Source of the DNA: a virus
Taxonomy: Duplodnaviria > Caudoviricetes
Virus record (IMG/VR): IMGVR_UViG_3300047384_000085
Coordinates: 667 to 64,666 of that record
Length of the DNA: 64,000 bases
Direction: 5' to 3' (one strand)
Shown: piece by piece, positions 9,577-18,371 of the stretch
Position numbering within the stretch: position 1 is the stretch's first letter
Layout of the letters: the number at the start of each line of letters is the position of its first letter
Translations under genes and position numbers: made by a program
Notes under the pieces: generated by a model
What the model was told of the DNA's origin: nothing
What the model saw: the letters and a program-made list of their open reading frames with translations, nothing else
Databases searched by the model: none

Positions 9577-10284
9577 ATGAAAATAGGTAAATCAGCAGAG
9601 ATGGCGCAACTTGCGTATCTTGACAGTAAAGAAGCAAAGAAGGGATTTAAGAAACTCGGATTCACATCACACAAACTCGTTGACATAGATGGCGCACAGG
9701 TTCATCTGGTACGCAACAAGGAGAGTATGGCAGTCTGTTTCCGTGGTACTGAACCATCAGAGATATCGGATGTACTGGCAGACTTGAAGGCATGGCCATC
9801 ACGAAGTGAGACTGACGGTTGGGTACACTCTGGATTTAAAACAGAACTTGACAAAGTATGGGAAGATGTGTTACAATACGTCAACAAGTACAGTGAGTTA
9901 GATCTGTATATCTGTGGACATTCGTTAGGTGCTGCAATGGCAACAATCTGCGCTTCACGATTACCACAGACAAAACATCTGTATACATTCGGTAGTCCAC
10001 GTGTGGGTACGTGTTCTTTTGTTAAGAACCTGAAAGTACCACATACGAGATGCGTAAATAATAACGACATCGTGACTAGTGTTCCGTTGGTACTGATGGG
10101 TTATAAACATCATGGAGAACTTGTGTATATCAACTACTACGGCAACATTCGTAAGATGACATACTGGCAAAGATTCAAGGATGGTTGGAGAGGACGTGGT
10201 AAAGCGTTCGCTAAAGGTATGCCGTTTGACGGCGCATATGATCATAGTATGGTTTACTATGTTCGATACACAAACAAGGTTTAG
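9577..10284 (+). CDS. Class 3 lipase / alpha-beta hydrolase
   Basis: FRGT, VHSGF, GHSLG nucleophile elbow, TFGSPRVG, DIVTSVP, DHSM. Confidence 0.92.
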   Translation: MKIGKSAEMAQLAYLDSKEAKKGFKKLGFTSHKLVDIDGAQVHLVRNKESMAVCFRGTEPSEISDVLADLKAWPSRSETDGWVHSGFKTELDKVWEDVLQYVNKYSELDLYICGHSLGAAMATICASRLPQTKHLYTFGSPRVGTCSFVKNLKVPHTRCVNNNDIVTSVPLVLMGYKHHGELVYINYYGNIRKMTYWQRFKDGWRGRGKAFAKGMPFDGAYDHSMVYYVRYTNKV

Positions 10285-10290
10285 GATATT

Positions 10291-10554
10291 ATGAGAGTAT
10301 TAGGTAATAATGTATTAGTGAGTGAACACAAAGCAGACGAGACTACCTCTGGTGGTATTATCTTGTCTGGTGATATTGCGACAGGAACCAAACCAGCAAT
10401 AGTTATCGCAACAGGTGATGGTGAGGAAGTCATTGCAGCTGCGTTGGCACCAAAGGATAAGATCTATCTAGACTGGTCGAAGGCAATGGCGGTCGAGTTA
10501 GACGGTCTAAAGTGTGCGGTTGTTGATGTGGAACACGTAAAGTTGATTGCATAA
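10291..10554 (+). CDS. groES: Co-chaperonin GroES-like protein
   Basis: VLGNNVLV...TTSGGIIL mobile loop, VIATG; 87 aa. Confidence 0.8.
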   Translation: MRVLGNNVLVSEHKADETTSGGIILSGDIATGTKPAIVIATGDGEEVIAAALAPKDKIYLDWSKAMAVELDGLKCAVVDVEHVKLIA

Positions 10555-11264
10555 TGAAAGCAAGAGTCATCTACGTCAAAGGTCACGAACTTTCTGAAGC
10601 GTGTATGCGGAAGACTGTGGACTCGTTAGTCAAGTACGAATGGGACTACGAAGTCGTGGAGGGGGTGACCCCTGATACTTTAGATGAAGATGAGTTCCCT
10701 TGGAAAGATCTTGTTAATGGTAGACTGGCGAGTATGAAGGATCATAAGAACCCAGAAGAGAAGAGAAAGTACCGAACCAAAAAATCTTGTTTATTTAATA
10801 ATCTCAAGTTCGCACAGGATGTTATAGAGAAAAATGAATCTATGATTTTCTTAGAACACGATGTCGTGGTTACATCGCCTCCACCAAAAGACGATGGAGT
10901 TGAGTATTTTTGTTTTCTAAACATAGATGGGGCATTTAAAAAACCGAATGTTCTAGCCAATTATCCACACTTAGTTGATTGGTATAAAGGTCATAGTCAT
11001 CGGTTAGGAGTTCAAGATTTTCCTTCAAACTATCCATTACGATACAATAAAGAGAATGATTGGAAGGGTCAAAGTATCACGCCTGGATTAAGTGGTTATA
11101 TACTGACAGTTGAGGGTGCTAAGATGTTATTAGACAAAGTTGAAAAATATGGAATAGAACAGGGAGACTTTACCTTCAATAATCGTGTGATACCAATGCA
11201 ATACATATATCCAAGTCCGATGAAATTTCAAAAGGTAAATCCTAATTTAAGTCACAGGTTATAA
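10554..11264 (+). CDS. Glycosyltransferase family 25-like
   Basis: EGVTP, SCLFNN, FLEHD, GYILTVEGAKMLL. Confidence 0.75.
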   Translation: MKARVIYVKGHELSEACMRKTVDSLVKYEWDYEVVEGVTPDTLDEDEFPWKDLVNGRLASMKDHKNPEEKRKYRTKKSCLFNNLKFAQDVIEKNESMIFLEHDVVVTSPPPKDDGVEYFCFLNIDGAFKKPNVLANYPHLVDWYKGHSHRLGVQDFPSNYPLRYNKENDWKGQSITPGLSGYILTVEGAKMLLDKVEKYGIEQGDFTFNNRVIPMQYIYPSPMKFQKVNPNLSHRL

Positions 11265-11265
11265 A

Positions 11266-11979
11266 ATGGCAGACTCATATATTATTAATGTTGAAGGTCA
11301 ACAACAAGAAGCAGTTAAAAAACTGAAGAAGAGTATCAAAGACACTGAAAGTGAATTGAAACCTGAGATACTCCGTGCATCTACACCAGAGACGATGGAA
11401 CAAGATCTGAAGGATATGATCTGTTTCAACTATAAAGACTTTAGGTGGAACTGGCCTGTTACCCCTGACGAAGAGGGCCTAGATCTTCAGACAGGAATCT
11501 ATAAACATGTATATGGCGCAAAGAATCAACTCAAGGTTATTGCTTGTGCAGTCTCGCACATGAGAGCGTGGGAACAGATTATCATGAACGATCAGGCCGC
11601 AGTTATCTTTGAGAGTGATGCGTTACTCACACGTAAGTTTACTGGTATGCGTAAGGGTTTAAGTTGTGTCGGTTTGTGCGATCCTCGTGGCGCAACACGG
11701 AGAGCGCAAGCATTTCATGAGGAAGTTTCTAAGAGTAATTCTGTGAAGTTCGCCCCTTATGTAAATGACCCTACAGGCCCAAATTATGCACAGGGTTTGG
11801 CAGGAGGTTCTGCGTATTGGGTAGAACCCCATATGGCAAAAGAGTTCTTAAACAAGATCAAGGAAGTCGGTATGTGGCCTAATGATGCGTTCTTGTGTAG
11901 TGCAAACTTTTTGTCTCTTCGTGTTGTATATCCTTACTATACCAAAGTGCAAGGTGTTGAGTCGAGTACCCAAGGATGA
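11266..11979 (+). CDS. Glycosyltransferase family 25-like
   Basis: ACAVSHMRAW, IFESDA, GGSAYWV, PND. Confidence 0.8.
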   Translation: MADSYIINVEGQQQEAVKKLKKSIKDTESELKPEILRASTPETMEQDLKDMICFNYKDFRWNWPVTPDEEGLDLQTGIYKHVYGAKNQLKVIACAVSHMRAWEQIIMNDQAAVIFESDALLTRKFTGMRKGLSCVGLCDPRGATRRAQAFHEEVSKSNSVKFAPYVNDPTGPNYAQGLAGGSAYWVEPHMAKEFLNKIKEVGMWPNDAFLCSANFLSLRVVYPYYTKVQGVESSTQG

Positions 11980-12629
11980 TGAAATCTTTTGTAATCACAA
12001 TCATGGACAATCCACAATCCGTTAAAGTTGCGGAGAGGTGTATTGAGTCTGGTAAAAAGGTTGGTCATGTCGTAGAGAAGTATCACGCTGTCACTCCGAG
12101 ATCCGAAGGGTTTATGGATATGGTAGAGAGTGCTGAACTAAACATTGATCAGTTCTCGTCAAAGTGGTCTAGACCAGAGAATGCATTGGCGTGTTTCCTA
12201 TCACATATGTCTCTATGGAAATATTCCATATTAAACAAATGTGACGTGATGATTCTAGAGCATGATGCGGTATTCACTAACAGTGTTCCCTATATACCGT
12301 TCGACAAGTGTGTCACCGTTGGTAAACCTAGTTATGGTAAATTCAATACACCACAAACTTGGGGTGTTCAACCTCTAATACAAAAGAGGTACTTCGGTGG
12401 CGCACATGCCTATATCGTAAATCCGACTGGTGCTAAGAAACTATTAGACAATGTGTCAGATCACAGTTGTCCGACCGATGTATACTTACACACAGACACC
12501 TTCCCTTGGTTACAGGAGTTCTATCCTTGGCCTGTGAGTGTAGACGATTCGTTCAGTACCATTCAAGAAGAAGCTGGTTGTATCGCAAAACATAATTATA
12601 AGAAAGGTATAGAGTTGATCAAAGCATGA
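11976..12629 (+). CDS. Glycosyltransferase family 25-like
   Basis: ACFLSHMSLW, ILEHDA, GAHAYIVNPTGAKKLL, PTD. Confidence 0.85.
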   Translation: MMKSFVITIMDNPQSVKVAERCIESGKKVGHVVEKYHAVTPRSEGFMDMVESAELNIDQFSSKWSRPENALACFLSHMSLWKYSILNKCDVMILEHDAVFTNSVPYIPFDKCVTVGKPSYGKFNTPQTWGVQPLIQKRYFGGAHAYIVNPTGAKKLLDNVSDHSCPTDVYLHTDTFPWLQEFYPWPVSVDDSFSTIQEEAGCIAKHNYKKGIELIKA

Positions 12630-13315
12630 AGATTGCATTTATTACAGTATGTACCGATGACTACCCTATGGAGTATGCACGTAAGATTATCAAACGATTC
12701 ACAGAATTGACAGAGTTTGATGTTAATGCATATTGTATTACGGATCGTCCAGATGAGATCTCTGATATCGCCACACCAGTAGAACCACCTTTCAAGAAAA
12801 AAGGTTGGTGGAACAAGATGAAAGTATACGATTCTTTCTACGAAGAAGACTTTGCGTTATACCTAGATATTGATACTGTATTAATAAAGAACTTTGATAA
12901 AGACATAGAACGTGCAGTTAAGTCGTTAGATAAATACAAGAACGCTGTCGTGTCAGATGCTATACTTTGGAAGAATAATAAGTATAGTTCATCTATGATG
13001 GTTCTAAAGAAGGGTAACATGCAAGATGTCTGGGATGTTTTCGAACGAGACTCTTGGAGATTATTTGATTACGATGGGGGCGATCAAGTTTGGACAGGTC
13101 GTTTGTTAAAAGATAGTAAAATATTCTACATGGACGAAAAGAATAAGAATATAAAATTAAACTTAAAGTTTCATCTCGGTGAGAAGATATTTGGTCAATG
13201 GAAATTTCCTACATACTTACCATCGTCATGCAAGATAGTAGATTGTGGTGGAAGACCCAAACCGCATGATTTGGAACACTTAAATTACATAAAGGAAAAT
13301 TGGCATAATGTATGA
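12626..13315 (+). CDS. Glycosyltransferase, GT-A fold (GT8-like)
   Basis: GWWNKM, LYLDIDTV, SSMM, GGDQ, GRPKPH. Confidence 0.75.
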   Translation: MKIAFITVCTDDYPMEYARKIIKRFTELTEFDVNAYCITDRPDEISDIATPVEPPFKKKGWWNKMKVYDSFYEEDFALYLDIDTVLIKNFDKDIERAVKSLDKYKNAVVSDAILWKNNKYSSSMMVLKKGNMQDVWDVFERDSWRLFDYDGGDQVWTGRLLKDSKIFYMDEKNKNIKLNLKFHLGEKIFGQWKFPTYLPSSCKIVDCGGRPKPHDLEHLNYIKENWHNV

Positions 13316-13673
13316 ATATAAAGCAACGGTTGATCGCTGGGTGGATGGTGACACTGTGGATGTTAACATTGATCTTGGTTTTGATGTTGTCCTTACTAAA
13401 CAACGTGTTCGGTTATATGGGGTCAATACTCCAGAATCTCGTACCAGAGACCTTGAAGAAAAGGCGAGAGGACTCGCAGCGAAAGCGTACGTCAACGAGA
13501 TGGCGCCCGCTGGATCGGTGATTACTCTTGTAACCAAAACATATGATGCGAAAGGTAAGTATGGTCGTATCCTTGGTGAGATCGTGGTAGACAAAGAACA
13601 CGGTGTATATAATGTAAACCAGATGTTGATCAACGAAGGTCACGCTGTAGAGTACTTTGGTGGTAAACGATAA
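13308..13673 (+). CDS. Thermonuclease (staphylococcal nuclease-like)
   Basis: VDGDTV, RVRLYGVNTPE, GKYGRILG, NQMLINEGHA. Confidence 0.9.
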   Translation: MYEYKATVDRWVDGDTVDVNIDLGFDVVLTKQRVRLYGVNTPESRTRDLEEKARGLAAKAYVNEMAPAGSVITLVTKTYDAKGKYGRILGEIVVDKEHGVYNVNQMLINEGHAVEYFGGKR

Positions 13674-13789
13674 TGGAACCTTTAACTATTTGGAATGAAT
13701 TATCTTACTTTGACGGCTTGCTTTTTTCGGTCTGGATTGGTATAATGTACTATGGTAAAAACTTGATTGATGATTGGTTTGGAAAATAA
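13673..13789 (+). CDS. Small membrane protein (38 aa)
   Basis: MEPLTIWNELSYFDGLLFSVWIGIMYYGKNLIDDWFGK; fills the gap exactly between its neighbours. Confidence 0.55.
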   Translation: MEPLTIWNELSYFDGLLFSVWIGIMYYGKNLIDDWFGK

Positions 13790-14404
13790 ATGAGAGTAAA
13801 TGTTTTAGGTAATGGTGACCATAACTTTCTGTTTAAGAGAGGGACTGAAGGCAAGTTACTAATTTGTAACATGCCACCATTTGCGATACCACCTAATGAA
13901 GTATATGCTTCGTGTATGGTGGACTTCAAGATGATGGCTGCACTGACTGAAGGTCAGTTTAGACTTGATCAATATGATTGGGTTCTAGGTACTCGTCCTC
14001 GTAAGTGGATGGAGATGCAACCGAACTTCTACCTAAAATACTCGCAGAACATTCGGGGATTCTGGCAAAGAGTTCCTGAGTATGCGGGCAATGCAACGAA
14101 CTTCAGTTGTGGTCACATGGCAGTTGATTATGCTTGTGGTAAGATGAAAGCGACTGAAGTTCACATCTATGGTTTCGATTCTATCTTTGATCTAAATCTT
14201 AGAAGTGTGACCGACTTAATTCTTGAGAGTGATCGATCTAAGAACAACTCGTTCAGAATCGCAAACAACTGGAGACCAATATGGCCTGAGTTGTTCAAAG
14301 AATATTCTAATGTTAAGTTCTATCTGTATCATGGTCATGATAATGCAAAGATACCGTTACCAGAAAACGTTGAAGTTATTGTTAAAACAAAAAAGGATAT
14401 GTGA
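13790..14404 (+). CDS. Hypothetical protein with a sialyltransferase/MAF-like fold
   Basis: VLGNG, ICN, SCGHMA and VHIYGFD pattern typical of GT29/GT42/Maf-like folds. Confidence 0.5.
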   Translation: MRVNVLGNGDHNFLFKRGTEGKLLICNMPPFAIPPNEVYASCMVDFKMMAALTEGQFRLDQYDWVLGTRPRKWMEMQPNFYLKYSQNIRGFWQRVPEYAGNATNFSCGHMAVDYACGKMKATEVHIYGFDSIFDLNLRSVTDLILESDRSKNNSFRIANNWRPIWPELFKEYSNVKFYLYHGHDNAKIPLPENVEVIVKTKKDM

Positions 14405-14405
14405 A

Positions 14406-14549
14406 GTGAAAGATCTTTGGAATAAAGTACAAGAAAATATTATTGAGTTTATCAGATACACCGCAGACGATTTCGTTGCAGTTTGGGAGTTTAGACCAAA
14501 CGTAATTATTTTATTAGTACTCTTTGCCTTGGGATGTTTTTTTGTATAA
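14406..14549 (+). CDS. Small membrane protein
   Basis: GTG start; hydrophobic C-terminus VIILLVLFALGCFFV. Confidence 0.45.
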   Translation: MKDLWNKVQENIIEFIRYTADDFVAVWEFRPNVIILLVLFALGCFFV

Positions 14550-14552
14550 ATA
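14545..14552 (+). promoter_or_regulatory. T4-type late promoter
   Basis: TATAAATA immediately upstream of ORF 14559. Confidence 0.75.
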
Positions 14553-14558
14553 ACTTAT

Positions 14559-15437
14559 ATGAAAACATTTAGCCAGCACCTAACAGAAGAACAAGAACTC
14601 CAACAGTATAGTGAGATTCTATTAGAGAAACTCATTACGTTCGGAGGTAAAGCATACCCTAAATTTGGTAACGTTGTTATCATGGCGGGGGGTGCTGGTT
14701 CTGGTAAAGGATTCGTCCTATCCAACCTAGTTGGACTAGAAGGTAAAGTCTTAGACGTTGATGAACTCAAGACTGCCGCCGCAAAGTCACCGTTGATTCG
14801 TAAGAGAGTCAAGGCGGAGACTGGAATGGATATCGAAGCAATCGCATCTGATCTAAAGAATCCAGAGAACGTTGGCAAGTTACACGACATCATTGCGAAC
14901 GTTCTACAACTGGACACTCGTCAGAAGAAAGTCTTGATGCGTGGTATCCTTGGTGCTGCTCCTGATCGTAAACCTAATCTTGTTTTCGATACAACTCTGA
15001 AAGATCTACAGAAGTTGGGTAACCTATCTCGTATGTTGACTAACGTGGGTTACGAGAAAAGAAATATCCATATCGTATGGGTAGTGAACGACATCGAAGT
15101 TGCAAAGACACAGAACCTTACTCGTAGTCGTACCGTTCCCGCTGAGATTCTTGTTAACACACACCGTGGTGCATCACAGACTATGGCGGACATCGTTAAC
15201 ATGGGTAAGACATTGAAAACTTATATGGATGGGGATATCGTATTCGCATTCAACAAGGTCGGTGTCGATGCTGATCTTAAAGTATCTGGTGGGGGTGGTT
15301 CATTCCTAAAAGATGCGAAATACTTCTACGCAAAAAGAGCAGGTAAACCACCTACTCCAGTTGCGAGTCTTGATAAGGATATCAAAGCGAAGATATCTAA
15401 GTATGTTCCTAAAGCAGTTACTTGGTCTGGTCGTTAG
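14559..15437 (+). CDS. P-loop kinase (zeta-toxin/AAA_33-like) with a putative capsid-targeting leader
   Basis: Walker A GGAGSGKG, LDVDE, LVFDTT, RSRTVP; N-terminus MKTFSQHLTEE. Confidence 0.75.
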   Translation: MKTFSQHLTEEQELQQYSEILLEKLITFGGKAYPKFGNVVIMAGGAGSGKGFVLSNLVGLEGKVLDVDELKTAAAKSPLIRKRVKAETGMDIEAIASDLKNPENVGKLHDIIANVLQLDTRQKKVLMRGILGAAPDRKPNLVFDTTLKDLQKLGNLSRMLTNVGYEKRNIHIVWVVNDIEVAKTQNLTRSRTVPAEILVNTHRGASQTMADIVNMGKTLKTYMDGDIVFAFNKVGVDADLKVSGGGGSFLKDAKYFYAKRAGKPPTPVASLDKDIKAKISKYVPKAVTWSGR

Positions 15438-16292
15438 TTATTTGTAGACACTAATGTGTCTGTTCAAGAATTTTTCTTCTGCTTTTAAATTAATCCCACC
15501 CGATTCTGATTTAAGATCCATCGCTTGCATTATATCACCAACTGAAGATGACTCATTCGCACCTAAGAATCTACCAGATTTATCACCGTTCCAAAGGTCA
15601 ACATATTCGCAATTATCCGTCACGTAATCACTAAATGTATTTTTCACCTGATCTAAGGTGAAATCTTTGTCGTCTTTTGAAGGAACATGTAAAAATACAA
15701 CAGCATCGTATCTAGGATATTCTTCTTTAACTGAACGCCAAACCTTATTGCCATGTTCATATTGAGTATTAACATCAAGAGATTCTATATTAAATCTTTT
15801 ATAAATTTCATGTATTGTTCCTGAATACCTAAGTTGGGAAGGTCTTGCTACGGTTGTTTCTGTATCGAAGTCCCAAGTACGAAGAATTGTTGGTATAAAA
15901 TGTATAACCTTATCTAAATCGGGATAATTTTTATCAACAATTTTTTCTGGAGGATAACCATCGATAAATATTTGGGGGTCTATATCTTCACGAGGACGGC
16001 CGTCAAGATACCATTTTCTTTCATTGATATCCATATGCGAAATAAATAAAATATTACTATATTTACGAGACATTAGAAAATTGCAGTACATAGGACAGAG
16101 ATATAGTATCTCGTCCAATAAATTACAATCTTGAGACTCGTCTTTGAATGTTACATCATGTCCCATATTGGCACTTTGACGAATTATTCGGCCATTAAGT
16201 AATTTATAGGTGTGTTCTAATGCGCTTTCAATCATAGACTCACTTCTGAATGAAGTTGTCATAGATCTTGTTATTATCTTTTCAATCCGCAT
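15438..16292 (-). CDS. Hypothetical protein
   Basis: 284 aa ORF, no recognised motif. Confidence 0.6.
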   Translation of the reverse strand: MRIEKIITRSMTTSFRSESMIESALEHTYKLLNGRIIRQSANMGHDVTFKDESQDCNLLDEILYLCPMYCNFLMSRKYSNILFISHMDINERKWYLDGRPREDIDPQIFIDGYPPEKIVDKNYPDLDKVIHFIPTILRTWDFDTETTVARPSQLRYSGTIHEIYKRFNIESLDVNTQYEHGNKVWRSVKEEYPRYDAVVFLHVPSKDDKDFTLDQVKNTFSDYVTDNCEYVDLWNGDKSGRFLGANESSSVGDIMQAMDLKSESGGINLKAEEKFLNRHISVYK

Positions 16293-16295
16293 GGA

Positions 16296-16559
16296 TTACC
16301 CTTTGTAGATACCTTGGATATGTGTTTCAAATTGTTCAATCTTATCTGTGCGATTGGGCCACAGAATGTATTCTTTCTCTGGGTTTGCTTTGAGATTATT
16401 CAACAATGGTTGAATCGCATTGTACAACTTGTCTAGTTTTGCTTGGGTTTCTTCTACGGACGATGATGCAGACGTGACTGTTGCTTGCGCCTGTTGCACA
16501 ACCTCCAGTTCGTTCTCATCTACTAGGGTAAACCCAAAATCGAATAGTTCGTTACTCAT
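16296..16559 (-). CDS. Hypothetical late protein (coiled-coil)
   Basis: FDFGFT...PLLNNLKANPEKEYILWPNR; TATAAATA directly upstream. Confidence 0.7.
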   Translation of the reverse strand: MSNELFDFGFTLVDENELEVVQQAQATVTSASSSVEETQAKLDKLYNAIQPLLNNLKANPEKEYILWPNRTDKIEQFETHIQGIYKG

Positions 16560-16564
16560 AGTGT

Positions 16565-16572
16565 TATTTATA
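16565..16572 (-). promoter_or_regulatory. T4-type late promoter
   Basis: tatttata on + reads TATAAATA on -; second copy at 16595-16602. Confidence 0.7.
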
Positions 16573-16614
16573 CCTTTTATCTAATTTATCTCTTTATTTA
16601 TATGAAAATAAGTG

Positions 16615-16643
16615 TTGACAAAAGATGTTTCGTAGTGTATAAT
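16615..16643 (+). promoter_or_regulatory. Early sigma70-type promoter
   Basis: TTGACA-N17-TATAAT with AT-rich upstream element. Confidence 0.88.
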
Positions 16644-16674
16644 ACTTGTATTGATAATGAGAAGAGAGAAGATT

Positions 16675-16974
16675 ATGACTAGATTTGATAAAGAGAAGTT
16701 CAGTTGGGACGGTATGTACCTGATGTATCAAGGTGCGTTCGAAGGTTCACGTACTATGGAGCAAGTGTCTCCGAACTGTCACCCATCTTGGCACGGTATG
16801 CCAGAACGCACGTTCATCGCACGATTCAAGTATGGTTCAAAACCTTGGAAGTCGTGGGTTAACTTCCTAGTCAAGAATGCGACTATCGAACAGTACAAAG
16901 AACTGAGTGAAAAAGATACTCCAGTTGGTGCAATGGAAACCCTTGGTTTCAAACCACGTAAGAAGAGATCATAA
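16675..16974 (+). CDS. Hypothetical early protein
   Basis: ATG at 16675 after a GA-rich ribosome-binding site. Confidence 0.7.
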   Translation: MTRFDKEKFSWDGMYLMYQGAFEGSRTMEQVSPNCHPSWHGMPERTFIARFKYGSKPWKSWVNFLVKNATIEQYKELSEKDTPVGAMETLGFKPRKKRS

Positions 16975-17159
16975 TGGAATACTTACAAGAGGTCACCGAT
17001 TGGGGTGACCATAACATTCCCAATCACACATACATTGTTAACTCAGCTGGACAACTGGCGGGTTACATCAAACGGAACACTACGGAAGAGATCATGTTCA
17101 AGAAACCTAAGAAGCAATGGTCAAAGTCACGTAGAAAGTTTATTAAAATAAACGCTTGA
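16974..17159 (+). CDS. Hypothetical early protein
   Basis: LQEVTDW...PNHTY...SKSRRKF; translationally coupled to the upstream ORF. Confidence 0.7.
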   Translation: MEYLQEVTDWGDHNIPNHTYIVNSAGQLAGYIKRNTTEEIMFKKPKKQWSKSRRKFIKINA

Positions 17160-17184
17160 CAATTGTTGCCCAATGGCATATAAT
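17156..17184 (+). promoter_or_regulatory. Early sigma70-type promoter
   Basis: TTGACA-N17-TATAAT. Confidence 0.88.
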
Positions 17185-17217
17185 AGTTACTTAATTGATG
17201 ATAGAGAGAGATTTGAT

Positions 17218-17631
17218 ATGGCAAGACTTCGTTTAGTAATCGAGACCCAGTGTCGTGAAAACTATGGCGCCCATGATTGGGACGGACAGGGTGAATGTCC
17301 ACAACGTTGGAAGAACAAAGGTGGTAGCACCTACGTTCTTGACTTCGATCACTCGCAAGATGATGCGAAGGATCTTGTCGAGGCCCTTCGTCCTCTGATT
17401 GAGGATAGGAACGAGTCTTATCAAGAGTTTCTTCTTGACTGGTCTGTCTTAGACCGTGACGAGACTCCGTGGGAGTCGTGGGAGTCTCCGTACTTCATCA
17501 CTCGTAACTTCTATGGCAACTTTGTTGCTGAGAGGGAGTTACCCCTCAGAGAGGGTAGTAAGGAGTCGTTCGTCATGATGCCGAAAGGCGATCGTTCAGA
17601 ATACCACGTATCACATAAGGAGGTTGCGTAA
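17218..17631 (+). CDS. Hypothetical early protein
   Basis: TQCRENYGAHDWDGQGECPQRWKNKGG; ATG after GAGAGAGA. Confidence 0.7.
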   Translation: MARLRLVIETQCRENYGAHDWDGQGECPQRWKNKGGSTYVLDFDHSQDDAKDLVEALRPLIEDRNESYQEFLLDWSVLDRDETPWESWESPYFITRNFYGNFVAERELPLREGSKESFVMMPKGDRSEYHVSHKEVA

Positions 17632-17780
17632 TGGTAGAGTTTATAGTTGTTTTTATTGCTTGTTGGTTATGTTTCTTTGGAGTTATGGGTTCCATAGCTG
17701 CGATTCACGAAGCTAAAGAAAGACGTAAGAATCACGAAGCGGGTACTCACGATTACTATGGTAATAAGTTAGATGAATAA
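17631..17780 (+). CDS. Small membrane protein (49 aa)
   Basis: AAGGAGG ribosome-binding site; N-terminal hydrophobic helix; GTHDYYGNK tail. Confidence 0.65.
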   Translation: MVEFIVVFIACWLCFFGVMGSIAAIHEAKERRKNHEAGTHDYYGNKLDE

Positions 17781-17934
17781 GGCTAACATAGTGTTGAGAG
17801 ATGGTGATAACAATATTCTCGGTTGGTATGTGTCATTACGACAGGCACTCGCTGAGATGGAACGTTTGACATCTTCGGGTGAACATGATATAATTATGGT
17901 TGAGTCTAATGAAAAACAAAACACAGTATCGTAA
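17773..17934 (+). CDS. Hypothetical protein (53 aa)
   Basis: MNKANIVLRDGDNNILGWY...; overlaps the preceding stop. Confidence 0.5.
   Translation: MNKANIVLRDGDNNILGWYVSLRQALAEMERLTSSGEHDIIMVESNEKQNTVS
17866..17894 (+). promoter_or_regulatory. Early sigma70-type promoter
   Basis: TTGACA-N17-TATAAT. Confidence 0.8.
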
Positions 17935-18067
17935 GAACCCTGTTAAAAAAAATATGGATAAGTACCACAAACCTGATACTCACACGGACAAGAAGAAAGA
18001 GTCCAAGAAGACTGGAGAATATCTAGATGATTCACGGCAGTATGAGACACTACCCGAACGGGCGTAA
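17909..18067 (+). CDS. Small basic protein (52 aa)
   Basis: RKNPVKKNMDKYHKPDTHTDKKK. Confidence 0.55.
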   Translation: MKNKTQYRKNPVKKNMDKYHKPDTHTDKKKESKKTGEYLDDSRQYETLPERA

Positions 18068-18320
18068 GAAGTCGTATAACGCATGGGGCAAGTCTAAGAC
18101 CCATAGGTCTGAGTTCAAACCGTACACACCTGAGGCATCATTCAGGCGAGACACACGAGACTATCCGAGTGTCTCTGATGTTGTACAAAGTAAATCTAAT
18201 GAAACACTTTCTAGAGAAGAAAGAATCGATATATCTTCTGGTTATACTATCGCCCCTGCATATAACAAAGGTGCGTATCAAGTAATCAGTAGAAATAATG
18301 TTGAAGATATTGGCAAATAA
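18027..18320 (+). CDS. Hypothetical protein
   Basis: C-terminal IAPAYNKGAYQVI motif seen in T4-like phage hypothetical proteins. Confidence 0.7.
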   Translation: MIHGSMRHYPNGRKKSYNAWGKSKTHRSEFKPYTPEASFRRDTRDYPSVSDVVQSKSNETLSREERIDISSGYTIAPAYNKGAYQVISRNNVEDIGK

Positions 18321-18323
18321 CGC

Positions 18324-18352
18324 TTGACATATCTTGGTGGTTAGTATATAAT
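18324..18352 (+). promoter_or_regulatory. Early sigma70-type promoter with an overlapping inverted repeat
   Basis: TTGACA-N17-TATAAT; inverted repeat tggttagtat-ata-atactagcca. Confidence 0.85.
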
Positions 18353-18371
18353 ACTAGCCAGTTAATGAGGA

